DNA from: an uncultured bacterium | GTDB lineage: Bacteria; JAGRBM01; JAHCIT01 | Reading direction: 5' to 3' | Assembly (NCBI GenBank): GCA_964606035.1 | Contig: CAZSFB010000002.1 | Coordinates: forward strand, 1 to 25,470 | DNA: 25,470 nucleotides | Part shown: in pieces, positions 16,318 to 24,171 of the stretch | Position numbering within the stretch: position 1 is the stretch's first letter | How the letters are laid out: each line of letters starts with the position of its first letter | Notes under the pieces: model-generated | What the model was told of the DNA's origin: nothing | The model's input: only the letters and a program-made list of their open reading frames with translations | Databases searched by the model: none | Position numbers and translations under genes: made by a program

Positions 16318-16515
16318 TCAATCGGGGTCAAAGGCTGTGAGGGCTTCGTATTTCTCCTCAAGCCATTTCTTCAGATCGACTTCGTGGAAGTAGCGGACTC
16401 CGCCCTCCACCCGGTACGGTACCATCCCGGAATCAATCCACGAATTCACGGTTTCCACTGAAACCCCGAGTATCATGGCCAGTTCCTCCGGGGAAATATT
16501 CCTGGGTGATTCCAT
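16318..16515 (-). CDS. Small helix-turn-helix DNA-binding protein (HTH_17/excisionase/MerR-like)
   Basis: 65 aa 'MESPRNISPEELAMILGVSVETVNSWIDSGMVPYRVEGGVRYFHEVDLKKWL'. GGAAGGA SD-like sequence before the ATG at 16515. Confidence 0.8.
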   Translation of the reverse strand: MESPRNISPEELAMILGVSVETVNSWIDSGMVPYRVEGGVRYFHEVDLKKWLEEKYEALTAFDPD

Positions 16516-16612
16516 AAACTGTCCTTCCCCGGCACAGGCACCACATGAAAAGCTGGTTACCCGCAGGCGTTTGAAGTATAAGGAAGCCGGGGAACGAGGC
16601 AACCCGAAATCC

Positions 16613-17164
16613 ATGGCCCGGCAGAAAAAACGCCCAAGACCGCTTGCCCTGCTGTCGAACCTCCGCCAGATCGGGCAGACTCTTTCCCGGCGGGATCTCC
16701 CTCCCGCCGAACGCGCCCGGAAAGCCTTCAGCCAGATAGCGCCCGGCGAATACGAGCGGTTTCAGCGCCGGATACGGATGTTCGAGGAAGTAGCTCGCAG
16801 CGAATACAACAAGATCAGGCTTGACCCGAACTCCCCCGAGCAGGAAGTCGAAGCCTTTGTTGCCATGCTTCGGGCCAGCGTCAAGACATTCCAGCAAGAG
16901 CCCCCGCGTACGCGGACCGGCCGGAAGGTACTGGATTGGGTCTCCAAAAACCTTGGGGAGATGGAGCATGCCCTGCTCCCATCACGCCAGGAGGCATTCA
17001 CAATGCTGGGAGTTCAGGTTTCAGACGATCTGGAAACCATCAAGATCCGGTTCCGGATGCTTGCCAGAGAAGCTCATCCCGACAAGCCGGGCGGTAGTCA
17101 CGCCCGCATGCAGAAACTGAACGAAGCGTACAGGACTGTTCTCCGGATCAAGGGAACGAACTGA
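16613..17164 (+). CDS. Protein with C-terminal DnaJ (J) domain
   Basis: C-terminal 'AFTMLGV...IKIRFRMLAREAHPDKPGG....MQKLNEAY' with intact HPD. The ATG at 16613 avoids overlap with the HTH gene. Confidence 0.85.
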   Translation: MARQKKRPRPLALLSNLRQIGQTLSRRDLPPAERARKAFSQIAPGEYERFQRRIRMFEEVARSEYNKIRLDPNSPEQEVEAFVAMLRASVKTFQQEPPRTRTGRKVLDWVSKNLGEMEHALLPSRQEAFTMLGVQVSDDLETIKIRFRMLAREAHPDKPGGSHARMQKLNEAYRTVLRIKGTN

Positions 17165-17165
17165 T

Positions 17166-19859
17166 CTATATCCGAAAGTTCTTGACAGTTTGTTCCAATG
17201 TGCGGGCCTCTGCCGCCAGAAGCTGGATCACCTCATTGAGTTCAAGCACCCTGTCAAGGTTCGTTCGCGTTGATTCGCTGATCGACGTGGCGGCCCAGGA
17301 TATTTCCCTTGCGCCGGCGCCCTGTTCCCTCGATGCACGGTCAATGTTTTCCACCAGTTGAGCGATCCGGTTGATCCTTTCGGCTATGCGGCTCGTCAGG
17401 CGTTTCTGCTCTGTGGTGGTTTCCAGAACATGATCCGCGGTTCCCTGCATCGCCTCAGATGCACGGGTGATCTGGTCGGCACCCCGTTGCTGTTCTTCAG
17501 TGGCCCGGGCAATACTATCAATCATTTCAACTGTCCGGCCGATGGACTTGGTAATATCCCCAGCCCCCTTGGCCTGCTCCTCGGTCGCCCTTGCGATTCG
17601 CTTGATCCGCTCTGAAATCTCGACTGTCGAAAACTGGATCTGTTCCAGAGCAGCACCGGCTTCTGCCGATACCTCAACGCCACGACCGATTTCCTGGTCA
17701 CCCTGCAGCACCAGGTGCACGGCCTGCTCGGCTTCCTTCAATATTCCCTGGATCCTCTCACCGATATCCCGCGCACTCCGCTGGGTCCGCCCGGCAAGCT
17801 GTTTGATCTGCGTTGCCACCACTGAAAACCCGGCGCCCTCTTCACCCGCCTGCGCAGCAATAATAGCGGCATTCAATGACAGCAGGTTCGTTTTCGAAGC
17901 CACTTCCTGGATGACCTGCACGATTTCACGAATTTCGTTCAGGCTCTTCGACAGGTGCTGCATCGTCATTGTCGCCTGCATGGAAGTCTCACGGATCGCT
18001 TCCATTGTATGAAGGTTCTGCTGAACAGCCTTTGCGCCCAGATCCGCGTCCGATAACACCCTGCCCGCCGTTTCGACTGAATCATTCGCGAGATCCCGCA
18101 CACTCTGAATTGAGGTTTCCATCTCACGGACGCTTTCTGCGGTTTCGTTTGCGGCCACAGAAAGCACGTCGACATTGTCGACAACCGACCGGATCGAGGC
18201 CGCCACCTGAAAGATGGAGCTGTTGGTCTCCTCAATCTTTCCTGAAAGCAGATCGACAGACTGCTCTACCCGGCTGGCGCCCTGATTCACCTCCTCGACT
18301 TCTGCAATGGCAGACCGGCCTTCATCAATAAGGCCGCTGACAGTCCGCGCGACTTCGCCCAGGCTTCTGCCTATCTGTTCAATAGAAGCAGAAGCCACAT
18401 CAACGGCCTTTGCCTGCTCTTCAGTAGAGCTGCGTACATCGCCCGATGAACGGCTCACGCGTGTCGAAATCTCTCCCAATTGCGTACTCGATTGTCCAAT
18501 GCGGCCAACCAGAGAGCGCAGCCCGTCGCGCATCAGCTGCACAGCACTGCTGACCCGCCCCACCTCGTTATAGGCAGCCACGTTTATGGGCTTTGACAGG
18601 TCACCTTCCGCAATGCCTGCTAGAGATGACGACAACCGCAACAGCGGCTTGGTTATCCCTTCGGTGGAAAAAACGATAATCCGCCAGAGCAGAATCCCCG
18701 TCGTCAGGAAAAGTGCTGTTACCGTCAGAACCGTGGTCCGATCCTGCTCTATGTCCTCCCGGGGGAATACGACTGTGATAGCGCCTCCATGCGTCAACGG
18801 AATCCAGACCCAGAGATCAAGCTTCCGGCTCAACATCCGCCGGTAGTCGAATTCACGACCGGCTTCACCGGCCACGTCGTCGGGTTCAATAATCATCTTG
18901 CGCAAAGTGGTTTTCCCGGCCAGTGCAGGGTCCAGGATTCGTTCCATTTCATCCTGTCCAAGAGGAGTCCGGGCAAGCTGACGTCCCAGATCCGTCTCCT
19001 CACCGACCGCCTTGCCACTTTTGTCGATCCAGAGGACAGCACCATGTGGTGATGGCCTGAACATTGCTATCTGCACACCGATAGTCTCCACATAATCAGG
19101 AATCGTGGAGGGGTCGGCTCCGGCGCTTTCCAGTGCCTGATGCCAGCCCGAAAGCCGGAAAGCAGCCAGCCGTTCCATTGTCGAACGAACCGTCTTTTCC
19201 CCTTGGGCGAATCCGAAAATAATCCCGTATCCAACAAGGATCACAAGCAACCATGCGACGGGCCAGCCAATCGTCCAGCGCATCGACTGGAGCCGGGGCC
19301 GGAATACCGGGTCTTCCAGAGAAAGCCCGCCATTCACCCGGAAATACTGGAAAACCGGCTCCAGCCGCTTTTCAGTAAGTGCTCTCTGGTATATGGAAAG
19401 CATCACCCCAACCGAGACCGAGACGAATACGATCATGCTTTTCTCGAGCATCCCAACTGAATAGGTCTGCCGGAAACCGTAAATCACTGCCGTCCCCAGT
19501 CCGCCGATCGGCCACGCGAGCAGTATCCAGCGGTTGGACTGGACAACTGCACGGTTAAGACTGCCGATCAACATCCGGGCGTAGTCAGGAGTCAGCGGGG
19601 TGCCGCCTTCGTCATCCTCGTAGTCAAGAACTGGCCTGAGCCATCGCCGGGCGACTATAAAATGGATTGCAAGCAATGACGTGAACATGAGCATGAACTG
19701 CCCAAGTGCCACAGGTTCAAAAATAAGCTCTACACTGAGTTCCGTGACGGCAAGAAGTGCGCTTGCGCCCAGCGAAACACCTACCAGCGAATAAACGATA
19801 TACCAGACGAATAAACTGGTAAAACTTTTGCGTATCACGCGGTACAAGTCCCTCAGCAA
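17166..19859 (-). CDS. Methyl-accepting chemotaxis protein (multi-TM, HAMP, extended signalling domain)
   Basis: About 6 hydrophobic segments, HAMP 'ITKPLLRLSSSLAGIAEGDLS...NEVGRV', tip 'TNLLSLNAAIIAAQAGEEGAGFSVVA' and several EEQ/EQ methylation-type motifs. TTG start. Confidence 0.93.
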   Translation of the reverse strand: MLRDLYRVIRKSFTSLFVWYIVYSLVGVSLGASALLAVTELSVELIFEPVALGQFMLMFTSLLAIHFIVARRWLRPVLDYEDDEGGTPLTPDYARMLIGSLNRAVVQSNRWILLAWPIGGLGTAVIYGFRQTYSVGMLEKSMIVFVSVSVGVMLSIYQRALTEKRLEPVFQYFRVNGGLSLEDPVFRPRLQSMRWTIGWPVAWLLVILVGYGIIFGFAQGEKTVRSTMERLAAFRLSGWHQALESAGADPSTIPDYVETIGVQIAMFRPSPHGAVLWIDKSGKAVGEETDLGRQLARTPLGQDEMERILDPALAGKTTLRKMIIEPDDVAGEAGREFDYRRMLSRKLDLWVWIPLTHGGAITVVFPREDIEQDRTTVLTVTALFLTTGILLWRIIVFSTEGITKPLLRLSSSLAGIAEGDLSKPINVAAYNEVGRVSSAVQLMRDGLRSLVGRIGQSSTQLGEISTRVSRSSGDVRSSTEEQAKAVDVASASIEQIGRSLGEVARTVSGLIDEGRSAIAEVEEVNQGASRVEQSVDLLSGKIEETNSSIFQVAASIRSVVDNVDVLSVAANETAESVREMETSIQSVRDLANDSVETAGRVLSDADLGAKAVQQNLHTMEAIRETSMQATMTMQHLSKSLNEIREIVQVIQEVASKTNLLSLNAAIIAAQAGEEGAGFSVVATQIKQLAGRTQRSARDIGERIQGILKEAEQAVHLVLQGDQEIGRGVEVSAEAGAALEQIQFSTVEISERIKRIARATEEQAKGAGDITKSIGRTVEMIDSIARATEEQQRGADQITRASEAMQGTADHVLETTTEQKRLTSRIAERINRIAQLVENIDRASREQGAGAREISWAATSISESTRTNLDRVLELNEVIQLLAAEARTLEQTVKNFRI

Positions 19860-19963
19860 GCGGGGACGACCCTCTCGCTTGCTTACTGCTAGCTCTTATA
19901 AGCCCATGGTATCCGAAATCACAGGAACCACCAAGGCCGTATGTACCGTCAGCAGCCCTTAAT

Positions 19964-20713
19964 TCAGCCGGTTTGTCTTCTGACGACTTTCAGGTTCGGG
20001 ACCGAGGCTTCTGAAAGCCCTGCTGCCTCCAGCAGGGGTTCGACAACCGATTCCGGCACTTTAAGCCGCGACAATGCCCCCCGGGCCTCGCTTTCGGGAA
20101 TCTGGTCCACCCGGCAGTTGCGGGATTTCAGCGATGGCAGGTCATCACTCGGGGGGAAAAGCCACTTGAGACTCTCCAGCCGGATCGCCTCCAGCTCACC
20201 TTCCGGGTAAAGTGCCGGGTCGTACTGGTACAGGGCCGTATTGTCTTCCGGCCGGTAATAAGCAGCCCAGGCAGCCGGTGAAAAGTTCACATAACCCCAT
20301 TCACGCTCGGAGGGTCGGCTGATCGGCTTTCCAGAACGGTCGGCCAGGTCTGCAAACTCGCCATCAATCCGGCGACGGAACTCGGCCAGATGCGCCCCAA
20401 GTCTCATCCGGGCCTCCCGGTTGTCGAGCAGGCCACTGGAGTCAAAAGTCGCCTCGAACGGTGTCAGACCGATGATCCGGCCCACCCGCTCCAGGTACAG
20501 CAGAAGGTCCCGGTTGTCGCTGCGCACCGGCAGGGGCAACTCTGTGCCTGAACGGGTGATCCTCGGAAGGTAGCGGTGGCAAAGGACCCAGGGATCCGGG
20601 GTCGGTTTCCGGGGAGTCCCCCTCCCGTACCTGAGCGCGCGGGTCGCCGACCAGGCGGCGAGCCCCAATGTCAGGATCACGACGAAATATACAGCCAGGG
20701 AAGCTATTTGCAT
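19964..20713 (-). CDS. Hypothetical membrane-anchored protein
   Basis: ATG at 20713 is followed by a 20-aa hydrophobic anchor (IASLAVYFVVILTLGLAAWSA) and about 220 aa of globular-looking sequence. The longer ORF-track start at 20980 would overlap the methyltransferase. Confidence 0.6.
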   Translation of the reverse strand: MQIASLAVYFVVILTLGLAAWSATRALRYGRGTPRKPTPDPWVLCHRYLPRITRSGTELPLPVRSDNRDLLLYLERVGRIIGLTPFEATFDSSGLLDNREARMRLGAHLAEFRRRIDGEFADLADRSGKPISRPSEREWGYVNFSPAAWAAYYRPEDNTALYQYDPALYPEGELEAIRLESLKWLFPPSDDLPSLKSRNCRVDQIPESEARGALSRLKVPESVVEPLLEAAGLSEASVPNLKVVRRQTG

Positions 20714-20802
20714 GATTTGCTGGCCGGCATCCTCTTTAACTTCCCGATTCTCCGCTTTTCTGGACGGGGGGTCAACCGGTATGCTTGGAAAATGGTACGG
20801 AT

Positions 20803-21573
20803 ATGAGTGGACAGCACTCCCAGCCAGCGTTCTTTTCGCCACGGCTCGGTCATGACTACCAGACCTTCTGGAGTTCCATGGCCGCCACCCCGGAGGGCGC
20901 ACGTCTCGCTGTGGCGGGGCATCCGTTCGGGCGCTATCCCGATGATCGCCTCGTTGAACTGCAGGGCATTCCGGTTGCACGGCTGATCGTCGAATGTCTC
21001 GGGCTAACGGATTCGGATACAGTTCTTGAAGTCGGCTGCGGTATCGGACGCCTTGCGCGCCATATCGTACCGCTCGTTCACGAGTATCACGGTGCCGACA
21101 TCTCCCCCGTCATGTGCATGCGGGCGGCGGAACAGCTCAGCAGGTTTCCCAATGCCTTCCTGCACTGGCTGCCCGACTGCAGCCTGCGGACATTTGAAGA
21201 CGAGTCAGTGGATGCCGTCTTCATCCAGCACGTGCTGGTACATCTCGAACTGCCGGACATCGTGAACTATCTCAGGGAAGCCCACAGGGTCCTGCTTCCC
21301 GGCGGGCGGATCTATACGCAGTTCTATAACCGCAATCACCCCCAGGGGTTCGACGAGACCGTCCACGCCGTTGACCAGCGCATCCGGGACGGCATCCAGC
21401 AGCGGGGACGTGTCTATTGCCATTCCGCCCGCGAGGTTGAGGAGTTTCTGACCGGCGCGGGCTTTGAACTGGACCCCGGGAGAAGCCATCTGGAACCCTG
21501 CTGCCAAAGGCGGGACTGGTGGCCTGACAATGATTTCTTTTTCTGGTTGATCGGGACCGGCATTAAGCGCTAA
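20803..21573 (+). CDS. Class I SAM-dependent methyltransferase
   Basis: Motif I 'VLEVGCGIG', 'YHGADISP', 'SVDAVF' and 'HRVLLPGG'. Start at ATG 20803 or TTG 20785. Confidence 0.88.
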   Translation: MSGQHSQPAFFSPRLGHDYQTFWSSMAATPEGARLAVAGHPFGRYPDDRLVELQGIPVARLIVECLGLTDSDTVLEVGCGIGRLARHIVPLVHEYHGADISPVMCMRAAEQLSRFPNAFLHWLPDCSLRTFEDESVDAVFIQHVLVHLELPDIVNYLREAHRVLLPGGRIYTQFYNRNHPQGFDETVHAVDQRIRDGIQQRGRVYCHSAREVEEFLTGAGFELDPGRSHLEPCCQRRDWWPDNDFFFWLIGTGIKR

Positions 21574-21585
21574 AAGCGCGCCGCC

Positions 21586-22590
21586 TTGTTTGTGCCCAAA
21601 GCCTACTACTTCGATGTCCATGCGCCTGAAGCGGGGATGAGACTGGACCGGCTCATCCGCAAACTGCTGCCGGATGATTCCCTTTCGAATATCCACCAGA
21701 TGATCCGGACCGGCGTCATCCAGGTGGGAACTCGCCGGGAAGCCAACAACTATCGACTGTGTGAGGGCGACGTGATTGTGCTGCCCAGACCCCCCGCAAT
21801 CCGGCGGACGAAGGCCCCTCCGCCAGAGACCCGTGACTGGACCGCCCCGAAGCCAAAAATCATCACTGAGAACGAGGACTGGGTGGCGATCTGGAAGCCC
21901 GGCGGCCTTTCCGTCCAGGGCGGAACGGGCCAGGGACCGTGGAGCGTCGTTAACTGGCTGAAAAACCAGTACCCGGACGCCGAGTTTCCCCCTGCTCCCG
22001 TGCACCGAATTGACCTTGACACCACCGGCCTGCTGATCGCCGCGAAATCACCACAGGCCGCCCGCTGGTTCCAACTCCACCTGAGCTCCCGCACCATGCG
22101 GAAATACTATCTTGCGCTGGTGGAAAGCCGGCCGCGGGAAGAACACTTTTTTATCGACGGCCCCCTGTTCCGGGCGACTTCAGGAAGAATCAAGATGGCC
22201 ATCGATCCGCGTGGAGTAGACGCGCTGACTGAGGTCTGGACGCTTTCTACCGGCCCCAAGGCCTCACTTGTAATGGCCTTCCCCCATACGGGCCGGACCC
22301 ACCAGATACGGGCCCACCTTGCCCATATCGGCTGCCCCATCCTCATGGATGAGCGGTATGGCTCCACCCAGCGGCTCCCGGAGGACCTCCGCCTTTTCGA
22401 GCGGATCTACCTCCATGCGTGGAGGCTGGACTTCGCGGTGCCGGACGGCGCCGATGAGCCGGGCAAGGAACTCCGCAAGCAGGTCGAGGCCCCACCGGAC
22501 GATATTTTCATGAAAGCGATCAAACACACCGGCAACCGGCTGCCGGAAGTCCCCTGGGGTCTGGGCACGAAAAAACGCCTGAGTGCATAG
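21586..22590 (+). CDS. RluA-family (RluC/RluD-like) pseudouridine synthase with S4 domain
   Basis: S4-like 'MRLDRLIRKLL', 'KPGGL', catalytic 'VHRIDLDTTGLL', 'KYYLALV', 'TGRTHQIRAH' and 'YLHA'. Confidence 0.93.
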   Translation: MFVPKAYYFDVHAPEAGMRLDRLIRKLLPDDSLSNIHQMIRTGVIQVGTRREANNYRLCEGDVIVLPRPPAIRRTKAPPPETRDWTAPKPKIITENEDWVAIWKPGGLSVQGGTGQGPWSVVNWLKNQYPDAEFPPAPVHRIDLDTTGLLIAAKSPQAARWFQLHLSSRTMRKYYLALVESRPREEHFFIDGPLFRATSGRIKMAIDPRGVDALTEVWTLSTGPKASLVMAFPHTGRTHQIRAHLAHIGCPILMDERYGSTQRLPEDLRLFERIYLHAWRLDFAVPDGADEPGKELRKQVEAPPDDIFMKAIKHTGNRLPEVPWGLGTKKRLSA

Positions 22591-22602
22591 GTGCATGACT
22601 CC

Positions 22603-22902
22603 ATGAGCAATGTGCTAACCTCCGGCGCTGTCATGCCGGTCTACCAGCAGAACCTCGACATCGCCTGGCGGGAAGTGGACCATGAAGCTGTACTGGTTGA
22701 TCCCGTCGCCCGCATGCTCAGAGTCTTGAACCCCGCAGGCACATTCCTCTGGAGTGCCATGGCGGTCCCTTCAACTCCGGAGGAACTGGCCGGACAGCTT
22801 TCACGGGAGTTCGGTATCGATACGGAAACCGCCCGCAAGGATGTGGATGCCTTCCTCCGGGTCCTTCTGGAACGCAAACTGGTCCGCGAGGTCACTCCCT
22901 GA
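22603..22902 (+). CDS. PqqD-family protein / RiPP recognition element
   Basis: Beta-strands 'IAWREVDHEAVLVD', then 'LNPAGTFLWSAM', 'EELAGQLSREFGID..TARKDVDAFLRVLLERKLV', which is the classic PqqD winged-helix pattern. Start uncertain (22591, 22603 or 22633). Confidence 0.9.
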   Translation: MSNVLTSGAVMPVYQQNLDIAWREVDHEAVLVDPVARMLRVLNPAGTFLWSAMAVPSTPEELAGQLSREFGIDTETARKDVDAFLRVLLERKLVREVTP

Positions 22903-22903
22903 C

Positions 22904-23353
22904 ATGGCGTCCAGACCGGAAATGCTCAAGGCGGTCGGAGACATTCTCCGGGAAGAAGTCATCCGCCGCGGCAGGCTCAACTTCAAGGTGACGGGAAAAT
23001 CCATGGCGCCGCTGCTCAGACCCGGCGACATGGTGACCGTGGAAAGGATCCGGCAGAGATGGCGGCTCATGCCGGGGGACTTGGTAGTCCTCTCCAATGA
23101 TGGCCCGGTTATCGTCCATCATTTCCTCTACTGGACCCTCGCCGATGGCGAAATCCACTTGCGTACGGTGGGCCGGAACAGTAAGGCGCTGGACCAGTTG
23201 TGGCCCCGCCGGTCACTGATCGGGCGTGTTACCCTGCGGGAACGCGGCCAGGTAAACCTCGAGGGACCCACTGCGCCGCTCTGGCTGGCCAGTTCCCTGT
23301 TCACGGCCATGGGCGGAATCATCCAATCCCGACTGGAGCGTCTGCTCAGGTGA
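22904..23353 (+). CDS. S24/S26-family peptidase
   Basis: 'FKVTGKSMAPLLRPGD' Ser motif, 'PGDLVV', 'IVHH', 'GRV' and a C-terminal amphipathic helix. ATG lies 1 nt after the PqqD stop. Confidence 0.82.
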   Translation: MASRPEMLKAVGDILREEVIRRGRLNFKVTGKSMAPLLRPGDMVTVERIRQRWRLMPGDLVVLSNDGPVIVHHFLYWTLADGEIHLRTVGRNSKALDQLWPRRSLIGRVTLRERGQVNLEGPTAPLWLASSLFTAMGGIIQSRLERLLR

Positions 23354-24171
23354 CCGATAATCTTCGACCGACTCTGGCTGGGCACCCTTTCGACGTGGCG
23401 GCGGCCCCCCGCCTCATTGAAGCCATGAACCGGATACTGGGCCCCGGCGTGGAACCAACTGGACGCGCCTACCGGCTCATGATCGTCGAAAAACGGACAT
23501 TGAACTATTCGGACCCCTACAAGGTGGCCGTTTCGCGGCGGGAACACGGATTTTCAGCCGGATCGTCCGCCTTCCGTGCGGACATCGAGTTCCCCGGCCG
23601 CAATATCCGGATCGAGATTGCTCCTCCGCCGGAGCGCTCCAGCACGGACCGCGACAACGCACTGGAAAACGCCCTCCGTCTGGTCACTCAGTGGCTCGCA
23701 TGGGAGCACCGGGGTTTCATTCTGCATGCCTGCGCCTTCGTGAGAAAGTCCGGTGGTGCAGTGGTTGCTTTCGGTCCTTCCGGAGCCGGAAAAAGCACAT
23801 TGGCTCGCCGGGCGCTGGAAAGCGGACGCCCTGTACTCGGCGACGATCTCGTCATCGTACGCGTTGAAAAGGGAGACCTCTCGGTGGAAGGGACCCCATT
23901 CTCCGGGTCCACGCCCCGGATCCCGTTCACTGCCGGCAAACGTCCCGTGACCATGCTGGTTAGCCTAGAGAAGGGCCCGGAGGTGCGACTTATGTCACAG
24001 TCTCCGGCGGAAAGGCTCTCGGCGCTCATGGCCCAGATCCAGGGAATCCCCGACCGTTCCAAAACGGAAACAGATTCACTCATGGATGCCCTCATTCCTG
24101 CGATTGACAGGACACCCGGAGGCACACTGGTCTTTGATCTGACCGGAGACCTCTGGCAAACTCTGGACTAG
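23350..24171 (+). CDS. HPr-kinase-related P-loop kinase
   Basis: 'GFILHACAF', Walker A 'GPSGAGKST' and 'LGDD' acidic motif. GTG at 23350 overlaps the peptidase TGA (GTGA). Confidence 0.82.
   Translation: MTDNLRPTLAGHPFDVAAAPRLIEAMNRILGPGVEPTGRAYRLMIVEKRTLNYSDPYKVAVSRREHGFSAGSSAFRADIEFPGRNIRIEIAPPPERSSTDRDNALENALRLVTQWLAWEHRGFILHACAFVRKSGGAVVAFGPSGAGKSTLARRALESGRPVLGDDLVIVRVEKGDLSVEGTPFSGSTPRIPFTAGKRPVTMLVSLEKGPEVRLMSQSPAERLSALMAQIQGIPDRSKTETDSLMDALIPAIDRTPGGTLVFDLTGDLWQTLD

Noticed and set aside
16318-16515. Excisionase-like HTH as a sign of a prophage or ICE
   Set aside because: No integrase, att-like repeat, tRNA or phage genes nearby. HTH_17 domains are common stand-alone regulators.
22641-22895. 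84-aa Ser/Thr-rich minus-strand ORF considered as a RiPP precursor
   Set aside because: Fully antisense to PqqD, with no RBS or leader/core pattern. Its composition is explained by the opposite strand.
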